This document shows positions 1-8,279 of a stretch of DNA of 64,000 bases, one piece after another. The DNA is taken from NCBI GenBank assembly GCA_037131105.1, contig JBAXRQ010000001.1:386039-450038 (forward strand), read 5' to 3'. The stretch's first letter is position 1, and every line of letters starts with the position of its first letter. Source of the DNA: a bacterium. GTDB lineage: Bacteria > Patescibacteriota > UBA1384 > CAILIB01. The translations under genes were made by a program, and so were the position numbers. Under the pieces are notes generated by a model. It did not search any database. It was not told the origin of the DNA and saw only the letters and a program-made list of their open reading frames with translations.

Positions 1-1
1 T

Positions 2-601
2 GTACACCGAGGAGAGAATTGGGAAATAAAAAGCTTAGGGGAGATAGCCACCATTGAATATGGATATACGGAAAAGGCTAGAAGCAGTGGAGAGTATAGA
101 TTTGTAAGGATTACGGATACGGACGAGAACGGCTTGCTAAAAACCGAAAATAAAATGTATGTAAATTCCTTTGAGACAGTTGAAAGATTTCTTCTTAATA
201 GTGGAGACTTGTTAATGGCCAGGACAGGGGCCTCGGCAGGGAATGTACTTTTCTTTGAGGGCGATGAAAGAGCTGTGTTTGCCTCATACCTTATCAGGAT
301 AAAATTTAAAGGTGAAATACTTGCAAAGTTGTACTGGTATTTTTCAAGATCAAAACTATATTGGGATCAGGTTGAGCAATTATCGGCAGGATCAGCCCAA
401 CCGCAGTTTAATGGTGGCGCACTCAAACAGATAATGTTTCCTTATCCTCAGCCTCTTGCTGAGCAGTTAGTTATCATTGATAGGCTCGATACTCTTTCAA
501 TTTTGACGAGGAAACTCGAGACACTCTATCAACAGAAACTTGCTCTTCTCGAAGAACTCAAGCAGTCCATCCTTCACAAAGCCTTCTCCGGCGAGCTGTA
601 G
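2..601 (+). CDS. hsdS: Type I restriction-modification specificity subunit HsdS, 5'-truncated by the window edge
   Basis: The frame is open from nt 2 (..WEIKSLGEIATIEYGYTEKA..GEYRFVRITDTDENGLL..), which is a typical HsdS target-recognition domain. The C-terminal conserved coiled helix (LETLYQQKLALLEELKQSILHKAF) is present. HsdR lies immediately downstream. Confidence 0.8.
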   Translation, partial: VHRGENWEIKSLGEIATIEYGYTEKARSSGEYRFVRITDTDENGLLKTENKMYVNSFETVERFLLNSGDLLMARTGASAGNVLFFEGDERAVFASYLIRIKFKGEILAKLYWYFSRSKLYWDQVEQLSAGSAQPQFNGGALKQIMFPYPQPLAEQLVIIDRLDTLSILTRKLETLYQQKLALLEELKQSILHKAFSGEL

Positions 602-613
602 TACAATAATCCT

Positions 614-2929
614 ATGAGAAACGAATCCGAGACACGCGCCGAACTAATCGATCCCAAGCTTACAGCTGCTGGCTGGGGTGAGATTGAAGGCTCCCGGGTT
701 CTTCGTGAGTTCTACTTTACAGATGGCAAAATTCAGACAGGCGGGCTGCGTCTAAAGGCAGAAAAAGCCGACTACGTCCTGGTCTACAAAAACCAGAAGC
801 TGGCCATCATCGAAGCCAAGCAGGAAAGCCTGGCCGTAGGCGAAGGCGTTACCCAGGCCAAGGCCTATGCCGACAAGCTAAAGATCAACCAGACATATGC
901 CACCAACGGCAAGGAGATCTACGCCATCTCCATGAAGACTGGCGTTGAAGGTATTGTTGAAAAGTTCCCTACTCCTGAAGAACTCTGGAATCTTACCTTC
1001 TCCGACCACAACGAATGGAAGGAAAAGTTTGCCGCTGTACCCTTCGAAGACAAGGGTGGCACCCAGGCACCTCGCTTCTACCAGGAGATCGCCGTCAACC
1101 GCACCCTGAACGCCATTGCCGAGAACAAGCAGCGCATTCTCCTGACCCTGGCCACCGGTACGGGTAAGACCTTCATTTCCTATCAGATAGCTTGGAAGCT
1201 GTATCAGTCGAGATGGAACCTGGGTCGTGATGGTAGTCGAAGGCCACGGATTCTCTTTCTTGCTGATCGTAATATCTTAGCGAACCAAGCGTCAACTTCA
1301 TTTCCTGGATTTGAAGAAGATTCTATTGCCCGTATACGGCCTGCAGATATCAAGAAGAAAGGTGGTGTAATCACCAACGCAAGCATCTTCTTCACTATAT
1401 TCCAGACCTTCATGAGTGGGCCCAACGACACGCCCTACTTCGGCGACTATCCCAAGGATTTCTTCGACCTTATCATTATCGATGAGTGCCACCGGGGCGG
1501 TGCCCAGGACGAGTCCAGCTGGAGGGAGATACTTGAGTACTTCGAACCGGCCGTCCAGCTCGGCCTCACCGCCACTCCCAAGCGCAAAGACAACGTCGAC
1601 ACCTACCGCTACTTCGGCGAGCCGGTCTACGTTTACTCTCTCAAGGAAGGTATCAACGACGGCTTCCTGACCCCCTTCAAGGTCAAGCGGATTATGACCA
1701 CCTTGGACGACTACGTGTATACCTCCGATGATGAGGTCATTGAGGGCGACGTGCAGGAGGGTAAGCGCTACGAGGAGCCTGATTTCAACCGAATCATTGA
1801 GATCAAGGAGCGCGAGGCTAAGCGGGTGCGTATTCTGCTTGACGAGATCAATCAGAGCGAGAAGACCATAGTTTTCTGCGCCAACCAGCCTCATGCCGCC
1901 GCCGTGCGTGATCTCATCAACCAAATGAAGGAGAGCAGAGATCCTAATTACTGCGTACGGGTAACTGCTGATGACGGGGTACGAGGTGATCAGTTTCTGG
2001 ATGATTTTAAGGATACTGAGAAGACCATCCCTACTATTTTGACTAGCTCGCAGAAGCTTTCCACCGGTGTCGATGCCCGCAACATCCGCAACATCGTCCT
2101 GATGCGGACAGTGAATTCGATGATTGAGTTCAAGCAGATAGTCGGACGCGGGACGCGGCTCTTTGAAGGGAAGGAGTTCTTTACCATTCTGGATTTTGTC
2201 GACGCCTACAAGCTGTTCTCCGATCCTGAGTGGGACGGCGACCCTATCGAGGAAGTGGCCACTGGTGAAGAGAAGCCTGAGAAAACTTACGAGCCTCGGA
2301 ATCCAGTAGTACGTGAGCCAAAGGAGCCTTATGAGGCCAAGCCAAAGTTAAAGATCAAGCTGCGGGACGGCAAGGAGCGAGAGATCCAGCACATGGTCTC
2401 CACCTCGTTTTGGAGCGCCGACGGCAAGCCGGTCTCCGGCCAGGAGTTCATTGAAGGTATGTTTGGTGACCTGCCCCAATTTTTCAAGAGTGAGGAGGAG
2501 CTGCGCCGGATCTGGTCCGACCCGACTACACGTAAGAGACTATTGGAGAAGCTGGCTGAACACGGCTATGCCAAGGACCAGCTGACGAGCCTTCAGGAGC
2601 TAGTATCAGCCCAGAACAGTGATCTCTTTGACGTACTGGCCTATGTGGCCTTTGCCCTGAAGCCGATTACTCGCATAGCGCGGGTAACAGACTCCGTAGA
2701 TGCAATACTAAAGGGCTATGACGAAAAACAGGATGATTTCCTGCAATTCGTCTTGACCAAGTATGTTGAGAAGGGAGTTGAGGAGCTGGACGAGGAGAAG
2801 CTGCCGCAGCTGATTAATCTCAAGTACAGCACAGTTTCTGATGCGACACCCATCCTGGGTGATCCGGTAAAGATCAGGAGCATGTTCTTCGATATGCAAA
2901 AAGGGTTATATGGAAAAGTAAGGGCCTAG
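614..2929 (+). CDS. hsdR: Type I restriction enzyme R subunit HsdR (EcoEI-like, short form)
   Basis: N-terminal HSDR_N signature MRNESETRAELIDPKLTAAGWG. Helicase motif I LATGTGKT and motif II IIIDECHRG. An EcoEI_R_C-like C-terminal domain. Confidence 0.85.
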   Translation: MRNESETRAELIDPKLTAAGWGEIEGSRVLREFYFTDGKIQTGGLRLKAEKADYVLVYKNQKLAIIEAKQESLAVGEGVTQAKAYADKLKINQTYATNGKEIYAISMKTGVEGIVEKFPTPEELWNLTFSDHNEWKEKFAAVPFEDKGGTQAPRFYQEIAVNRTLNAIAENKQRILLTLATGTGKTFISYQIAWKLYQSRWNLGRDGSRRPRILFLADRNILANQASTSFPGFEEDSIARIRPADIKKKGGVITNASIFFTIFQTFMSGPNDTPYFGDYPKDFFDLIIIDECHRGGAQDESSWREILEYFEPAVQLGLTATPKRKDNVDTYRYFGEPVYVYSLKEGINDGFLTPFKVKRIMTTLDDYVYTSDDEVIEGDVQEGKRYEEPDFNRIIEIKEREAKRVRILLDEINQSEKTIVFCANQPHAAAVRDLINQMKESRDPNYCVRVTADDGVRGDQFLDDFKDTEKTIPTILTSSQKLSTGVDARNIRNIVLMRTVNSMIEFKQIVGRGTRLFEGKEFFTILDFVDAYKLFSDPEWDGDPIEEVATGEEKPEKTYEPRNPVVREPKEPYEAKPKLKIKLRDGKEREIQHMVSTSFWSADGKPVSGQEFIEGMFGDLPQFFKSEEELRRIWSDPTTRKRLLEKLAEHGYAKDQLTSLQELVSAQNSDLFDVLAYVAFALKPITRIARVTDSVDAILKGYDEKQDDFLQFVLTKYVEKGVEELDEEKLPQLINLKYSTVSDATPILGDPVKIRSMFFDMQKGLYGKVRA

Positions 2930-3061
2930 AATATCCGTGTGAATACCGGGGACAAACAATCTACCGCGAAATAGGCAGGAATCTTGGTCCTGAAGTGGTG
3001 GCTCGAGCCGTAACAATCTGTTCGGTAGTAGGGGATCCTCCCGTATGTTACGTATAGGGGG

Positions 3062-3613
3062 ATGTCTGCAAAAACGACTGCTTACGCGTTTATCGACAGC
3101 CAGAATCTCAACCTCGGTGTACGTTCCGCCGGATGGGTTATTGATTATCCAAAACTTCGCCTTTATCTAAAGAACAAGTTTGGTGTGAGTAAAGCATTCA
3201 TGTTCATTGGCTTTGTTGATGGCAACCAAGGACTGTACACCCGGCTGCAGGAGGCAGGTTTTATACTCGTCTTTAAGCCTACGGTTCGCTTTGTGGACCA
3301 TGGCAAGGAGACGCGCAAGGGCAATGTAGACGCCGAGCTGGTGCTCCATGCCGCTGCAATCGAATATCAGTACTATGACAAGGCGCTTATCATATCAGGA
3401 GACGGTGACTTTGCCTGTCTGGTCGAGTTCTTGGCTAGTCGAGGAAAGCTGTTGCATGTATGTACCCCGAATCAGCGTTACTCCAAGCTGCTTAAACCCT
3501 ACTCGCAGTATATTATCCGGATGGATAGCTTTAAGGAGTCTGTTTGCAAAACAAAAGACCGGCATCGGCGGTCGGTCGAAACCTTAGGCCTATCCGGTCA
3601 TGATGATAAGTAA
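3062..3613 (+). CDS. NYN-domain (LabA-like) predicted ribonuclease
   Basis: AFIDSQNLNLGVRSAGWVIDYPKLRLYL..., then FMFIGFVDGNQ and ISGDGDFACLVEFL, which match the NYN/PIN-like fold. An AGGGGG RBS precedes the start. Confidence 0.65.
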   Translation: MSAKTTAYAFIDSQNLNLGVRSAGWVIDYPKLRLYLKNKFGVSKAFMFIGFVDGNQGLYTRLQEAGFILVFKPTVRFVDHGKETRKGNVDAELVLHAAAIEYQYYDKALIISGDGDFACLVEFLASRGKLLHVCTPNQRYSKLLKPYSQYIIRMDSFKESVCKTKDRHRRSVETLGLSGHDDK

Positions 3614-3792
3614 AAAATATCATGAGAACATCGGTGCTGTCAAGCACAGGCATGCATTCATACCAATGTCTCCTCCCGTTTCCATGAGACTTGACGATGA
3701 CGGATATGCGCATAGACGCATTCTAGCAGGTTGCACCCCAGACCTTCCTTTTATCTGCCACTTCTGGTATAACCCCAGCATGGAGGTGCGCA

Positions 3793-4134
3793 ATGCGAGC
3801 ACCATTATTTGAAGGACCGCTGTCCCAGGAGGCCCTGGTGAGCGGAAAGCTGCCGGAAAACGTAGCCTTGCAGCTTCTGCTGGACTCACCGGTCCAACCC
3901 GGTGACAACCGCTACTATGTGGAATACCAGGTGGAGGGAACCTCGGTATTCATGTGTGTCTTCGATACCATGGAGGCCAATCGTCTGGTATGTCAGCAGG
4001 TGGTCGCCGCTGCCCTGCACTACTATCCTGACATTGGCATAAGCCACACTCTGGCAGAACGCTGGGCACGGTACGCCGAAGGCGGCATCCTTGACCTGGA
4101 TATCTGGAGCGGTGTGGGCTGCGTCGCAGCATAA
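3793..4134 (+). CDS. Hypothetical 113-aa protein directly upstream of the PafA/Dop-like gene
   Basis: A GGAGGTG RBS lies 4 nt upstream of the ATG. The gene is followed by an intrinsic terminator. I recognise no family. The C-terminus (..GVGCVAA) is not Pup-like (no GG[EQ]). Confidence 0.5.
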   Translation: MRAPLFEGPLSQEALVSGKLPENVALQLLLDSPVQPGDNRYYVEYQVEGTSVFMCVFDTMEANRLVCQQVVAAALHYYPDIGISHTLAERWARYAEGGILDLDIWSGVGCVAA

Positions 4135-4165
4135 ACAAATCATATGTGAGGGAAGCCCCTGACGC

Positions 4166-4196
4166 GCCGTCGACCTTCGGGTCGGCGGCCGTTTTC
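4166..4196 (+). terminator. Rho-independent terminator (GCCGTCGACC-ttcg-GGTCGGCGGC plus CGTTTTC)
   Basis: A 10-bp stem with one G-U wobble, a tetraloop and a T-run. A near-identical copy follows the next gene. Confidence 0.6.
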
Positions 4197-4212
4197 ATCT
4201 AAGCTACACTGA

Positions 4213-4240
4213 TTGACAATACCGCAGCCTCTGCTATTCT
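4213..4240 (+). promoter_or_regulatory. Sigma70-like promoter for the PafA/Dop-like gene (TTGACA-16-TATTCT)
   Basis: TTGACA at 4213-4218, a 16-nt spacer, TATTCT at 4235-4240. The leader then carries GGGGAGGTG before the ATG at 4290. Confidence 0.45.
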
Positions 4241-4289
4241 GCGGACAACTGCCTGCAAGGGCAGATTAACAAATCGGGGAGGTGGCGTC

Positions 4290-5642
4290 ATGGCTGCTGT
4301 GAATGGACCGCGTTGGAGCATATTTGCCCGTGCCTACGGTATGGAAACGGAATATGGTTTGACCTGTCAGATCAACCACAAGGACGGATCCATAGAGATG
4401 GGCGACTCCATTGTCGCCGCAAAAATGCTGCTGACTGACTACGATCATGTCAGTACCTTCGTGTCGACGGGCGGGCGGCTCTATCTCGACGGTGAGACCT
4501 GTACCCTCTGTCATGTTGAGTACGCAACTCCTGAGTGCCTGACACCGCTCAGCGTAGCCTTGTCCCACCATGCCGGTGACCGGATACTGCAGCGCATGGC
4601 TGCTGAAAGGAGACGGGGTAGGAATGAGATCCACGTCATCAGAAACAACAGGGACTATTGCGGCACCTCTTTTGGCTGCCATGAGAACTACCTGGTTTCT
4701 AGGAGCGTGCCTTTCGACCAGCTTGTCCGTAGCTTGGTTCCGTACCTTGTTACCGGTCCGCTGGTATTTGGGCCGGGAGACGTAGCCTTGGACCGTGACT
4801 ATACTCATGACCCACGGGCGAAGATTATGAATCTCATCTCGGAAGACAAGACCCTTTCGGGGGAGCGATGCATCGTCAACTCTCGTGATAAGTGTTATCT
4901 TTCTGAGCCCCTTGACACGCAGTTTAGGAGGCTGCACATTACCTGTAGGAGCGCCAATGTGTCCCAGGGCGCCACGTTCATGAAAGTCGCCACCCTCTCG
5001 ATACTGCTTACCATGATCGAGAACGGCTGGACCTTTAACGGACTGTATCCAATAGACCCTTTGGCCGCCATGAAAGAGTGCAATACCAAGATTGACGGGC
5101 GCGCGCTCGTGAAGCTGGCTGACGGAAGCACTATGACGGCTTGGAATATCCAATCGGTACTCCAGGAGTCGGCCCGACAGTTCTTGAGCGAGCAGGAGGG
5201 TAGGGGTGAGATTGTTCCTATGTGGGCGAAACGTGCCGTTCGGCGCTGGGGAGAGGCTCTGCGAGACATTCGCGATTACGATATCGACGAGTGGCCGGAG
5301 AGCTCATACTGGGTGGATTGGTGGGTAAAGCACCATGCTCTCAGGTCGTATCTCGAGGCGCTTCCCGACGCGACTGACGATGAGCTTCGCACTATGGAAC
5401 TGCGCTACCATCACCTCGACCCGCGGCAAAGCGTGGCAAAAGAGATGGTGGATGCTGGACTGATGGAGTATTTGTTTCAGGACCATCAGCTGGAGTCTGC
5501 CAGTCGAAATCCCTCACCGCATCCGCGGGCACAGGAGAGGGCCTATTGGTTGCAGCGACGCGCTACCGGCGACAGTGTATCGTGTGTGTCTTGGGAGAAT
5601 GTCCGTGTAAATGGCGAAAAGAAGGTGTTAAGGTTTTTTTGA
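4290..5642 (+). CDS. Pup-ligase/deamidase family protein (PafA/Dop homolog, glutamine-synthetase-like carboxylate-amine ligase)
   Basis: The signature N-terminus GMETEYGLTC matches PafA GIETEFGVTC. GGRLYLDGETCTLCHVEYATPEC matches PafA GARLYLDVGSHPEYATAEC. Its length of 450 aa is PafA-like. Confidence 0.75.
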   Translation: MAAVNGPRWSIFARAYGMETEYGLTCQINHKDGSIEMGDSIVAAKMLLTDYDHVSTFVSTGGRLYLDGETCTLCHVEYATPECLTPLSVALSHHAGDRILQRMAAERRRGRNEIHVIRNNRDYCGTSFGCHENYLVSRSVPFDQLVRSLVPYLVTGPLVFGPGDVALDRDYTHDPRAKIMNLISEDKTLSGERCIVNSRDKCYLSEPLDTQFRRLHITCRSANVSQGATFMKVATLSILLTMIENGWTFNGLYPIDPLAAMKECNTKIDGRALVKLADGSTMTAWNIQSVLQESARQFLSEQEGRGEIVPMWAKRAVRRWGEALRDIRDYDIDEWPESSYWVDWWVKHHALRSYLEALPDATDDELRTMELRYHHLDPRQSVAKEMVDAGLMEYLFQDHQLESASRNPSPHPRAQERAYWLQRRATGDSVSCVSWENVRVNGEKKVLRFF

Positions 5643-5666
5643 AAAGGGAAAAATATGAAATTATGG

Positions 5667-5700
5667 CGGCCGCTGACCTTCGGGTCGGCGGCCGTTTTCG
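5667..5700 (+). terminator. Rho-independent terminator, second copy of the same element
   Basis: GGCGGCCGCTGACC-ttcg-GGTCGGCGGCCG plus TTTTCG. It shares the 26-nt block CGACCTTCGGGTCGGCGGCCGTTTTC with 4171-4196. Confidence 0.6.
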
Positions 5701-5721
5701 TTTGCTTGAGCATATGTAAGC

Positions 5722-5758
5722 CCCCATAAAACCCAAAATCCCGCACATGTGTGCGGGA
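5722..5758 (-). terminator. Terminator for the minus-strand small membrane protein gene (perfect palindrome CCCGCACATGTGTGCGGG then a U-run)
   Basis: An 18-bp perfect palindrome at 5740-5757. On the minus strand it is followed by ATTTTGGGTTTTA. Confidence 0.5.
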
Positions 5759-5783
5759 CCAGGATGCGCCAGGTGAGTGATTC

Positions 5784-6044
5784 TCACTTTGGTATGAAGA
5801 CTGCTACGGCTAGAAGGAGCAGGAAGCCGATAGCTGCGTAGCCGGATAGCGTGGTCATGGCTTTCCAAAATCGATGTGCAGGGCAGGGAGTGACGGTGCT
5901 TTTGCGGAGTCCGACTTTGACTTCGGACCACACTACCACTTTTTTCAGTTCCCATTTTTCGCCCCAGACTGAGGTGATGAGAATGCCAGCCACAAAAAGC
6001 GCAAAGCATATCCCAAACAGACCGCCAAGTATATTTTGCATCGT
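5784..6044 (-). CDS. Small two-TM membrane protein (hypothetical)
   Basis: An internal ATG at 6044 is preceded by a strong AAAGGAGAG RBS. Two hydrophobic helices. The ORF-track start at 6107 lacks an RBS. Confidence 0.5.
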   Translation of the reverse strand, partial: TMQNILGGLFGICFALFVAGILITSVWGEKWELKKVVVWSEVKVGLRKSTVTPCPAHRFWKAMTTLSGYAAIGFLLLLAVAVFIPK

Positions 6045-6126
6045 GATCTCTCCTTTCGCTCGGCCACTGCCGAAATGCGATACCCGACTATACCTCAAAA
6101 CGCCCACAATGTCAATGGGCTAACCC

Positions 6127-6561
6127 CTAGGAAAGCGCCTCCACCGCCTTCTCGATCCTCCTTTTTCTTGTCTCCTCAGCCTTTGCCTCGTTTATGGACC
6201 GCACCCATTCCTTCTTATGCGAAGGGGCCAGCTTTTCAAACTTTTCCATACCCTTCTCGCCCAGCGCCGCTTTCAAATCCTCGGGCACCTCTACGGTTCG
6301 CGGTGCGAGGTCCAGCTCCAAGGTAAGCTCTACATCCTGTCCTGCCTCAACTCCGGCAGCCTCACGATGCTCCTTGCTGAGTGATAACAAGAAGTCTTCG
6401 CCGTAGACGCCTACTGTATTTTGGTAGGTATAGCCGTTCACGGTAACCTTTACCGGCGGACGCTTCATGTCGCTGAGCGTGGCGATGATCTCGGCAGGGA
6501 TCTTGAATCCGGTGACGCCGGGACGGGCTTCGCGGACGGTGGTAGTGAAGGTGACGCTCAT
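6127..6561 (-). CDS. DUF1905 plus YdeI/OmdA-domain protein (bacteriocin-protection family)
   Basis: ..KVTVNGYTYQNTVGV.. is a DUF1905 beta-barrel motif. The C-terminal ..SHKKEWVRSINEAKAEETRKRRIEKAVEAL.. is an OmdA-type motif. Confidence 0.6.
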   Translation of the reverse strand: MSVTFTTTVREARPGVTGFKIPAEIIATLSDMKRPPVKVTVNGYTYQNTVGVYGEDFLLSLSKEHREAAGVEAGQDVELTLELDLAPRTVEVPEDLKAALGEKGMEKFEKLAPSHKKEWVRSINEAKAEETRKRRIEKAVEALS

Positions 6562-6740
6562 GCCTTCAAGCTAAGGCCAGCTTCCTTGAGGGCCTGGCGC
6601 AGGGCCTTGATGCTGCCGGGCCCAAATCCGTGTAGACGATTAAGCTCTGCCTCAGTGCGTGCGGCTACGTCTTCGAGTGTCTTGATGCCGGCGCCGGCCA
6701 GGGCACGCTGGGCGGGAGCTGCAAGTGTGGGCAGATTCAT
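6558..6740 (-). CDS. Small helix-hairpin-helix-like protein (hypothetical)
   Basis: A 60-aa ORF whose stop overlaps the downstream gene by ATGA. It carries an HhH-like GIKTLEDVAARTEAELNRLHGFGPGSIKAL. There is no RBS, so it may be spurious. Confidence 0.35.
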   Translation of the reverse strand: MNLPTLAAPAQRALAGAGIKTLEDVAARTEAELNRLHGFGPGSIKALRQALKEAGLSLKA

Positions 6741-6887
6741 GGGAGTTGTTTATGGGTATAGTGATACCACGGATATCGTAGCGTATCCGCCTCGTGCCCA
6801 CAAATTGTCTACACCTCACCTAGAGCCCTAAACGTAACCGAGACGCAGCGGGGATGCTGCGTCTCGTGCTGACGGGTGCGTCCTCTT

Positions 6888-7265
6888 CTATTGATGAGGA
6901 CAGGTCCTAGGGGCTCTTTCTTCCAGACCTATAAGGTTCTCCACCGTCCCATCCGGGTTGGTGACCTCGTATGCGACAAGGTACTTACCGTAGCGCTGCT
7001 TTTGGATGCGCAATATCCAGTTGAGGGCCTTTCGATTGCGGGCTTGCACACAGAATGCCAGGGGCCATTCTGATGATTCTTCTCTGACCTCCCCTGGTGG
7101 GGTGGAAAGAGTGACGTGAAGGGTGTAGCAGGTGCTAGCGTCGCGTAACCTGCCGAGCAGCGGCTCCCCATCCTCCTCGTAATAGGTGATGCCGCGCCTC
7201 TTTAGCCGCCATCCAGCGATAATATCAGCGCAGATAATCCAACGATATGCTATCCAGTTCCACAT
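6888..7265 (-). CDS. Hypothetical protein
   Basis: An internal ATG at 7265 (MWNWIAYRW...) is preceded by an AGGAGGA RBS. The longer ORF-track start lacks one. Confidence 0.45.
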   Translation of the reverse strand: MWNWIAYRWIICADIIAGWRLKRRGITYYEEDGEPLLGRLRDASTCYTLHVTLSTPPGEVREESSEWPLAFCVQARNRKALNWILRIQKQRYGKYLVAYEVTNPDGTVENLIGLEERAPRTCPHQ

Positions 7266-7382
7266 AGTTCCTCCTGAGATCTGGCATAGTGGCACCGTAC
7301 CGCGCACCGCATGATCAGTCAAGGCGCACTCTAGTGGAAGCTAAGGACATGGGGGTGCTATACTGAAGGTACCAACTCACGA

Positions 7383-8279
7383 ATGCTCCCCGTGAAACGC
7401 TATACCCGCATCATCACTGTCCTGCTGCTGGTCCTGGGCTTCGTCCTGGTCCTGGCGGCTATCACCCGGGGGGACAACTTCCAGATCCTCAATCCAAAGG
7501 GGACGGTTGCGGCCCAGCAGATGCATCTGATGGTAGTGGTCACCCTGCTGATGCTGGTGGTCGTGGTGCCTGTCTTCGTGCTGACCTTTGGCATAGTCTG
7601 GAAGTACCGAGATGACAATCCCACTGCCAAGTATGCACCCAAATGGGATCATAACCTACTGCTGGAGTCGGTCTGGTGGGGGCTGCCCCTGCTGGTCATC
7701 GTCATCATAGGAGTACTGGCCTGGAGAAGCAGCCACGATCTGGATCCGTATAAGTCACTGAACTCTAGTGTGAAGCCGGTAACGGTGGAGGTAGTCGCCC
7801 TGCAGTGGAAGTGGCTCTTCATCTATCCCGACCAGGGTGTGGCTTCGGTAAACTACGTCCAGTTCCCCAAGGGGACGCCGGTGAACTTCTATATTACCGC
7901 GGACGCTCCCATGAACTCCTTCTGGATACCCCAGCTCGGCGGCCAGGTCTACGCCATGCCGGGTATGGCCACCCAGCTGCATCTGATGGCAGACAATGCC
8001 GGGGACTTTGCCGGCTCTTCAGCCAACCTGAGTGGTACAGGATTCGCCTCTATGAAGTTTACCGCCCACGCCAGTACCCAGGAAGACTTTGATGCCTGGG
8101 TGGCCTCGGCTAAGCTCTCAGGCCAGACTCTGGATTCGGTACAGTACGCGACGCTGGCTAGGCCGAGCGAGGGTACGCCGGTGCAGCAGTATGCGCTAGG
8201 GGAAGACAATCTCTTCCATGCTGCTATGATGAAGTTCATGAGTCCTTCCGCCATTACTTCCTATACGAACGTGCAATGA
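7383..8279 (+). CDS. cyoA: Cytochrome bo3-type quinol oxidase subunit II
   Basis: An N-terminal TM pair and a cupredoxin domain with [27 protein letters not shown]. There are no CuA ligands, so this is the quinol-oxidase type. Confidence 0.8.
   Translation: MLPVKRYTRIITVLLLVLGFVLVLAAITRGDNFQILNPKGTVAAQQMHLMVVVTLLMLVVVVPVFVLTFGIVWKYRDDNPTAKYAPKWDHNLLLESVWWGLPLLVIVIIGVLAWRSSHDLDPYKSLNSSVKPVTVEVVALQWKWLFIYPDQGVASVNYVQFPKGTPVNFYITADAPMNSFWIPQLGGQVYAMPGMATQLHLMADNAGDFAGSSANLSGTGFASMKFTAHASTQEDFDAWVASAKLSGQTLDSVQYATLARPSEGTPVQQYALGEDNLFHAAMMKFMSPSAITSYTNVQ

Noticed and set aside
1298-1924. 208-aa minus-strand ORF inside hsdR
   Set aside because: It is antisense to a gene with unambiguous HsdR helicase motifs. 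It has no RBS or family resemblance. It is a typical GC-rich antisense ORF.
4266-5153. 295-aa minus-strand ORF antisense to the PafA-like gene
   Set aside because: The plus-strand frame carries the diagnostic Pup-ligase motifs plus a promoter and RBS. The antisense ORF has no support.
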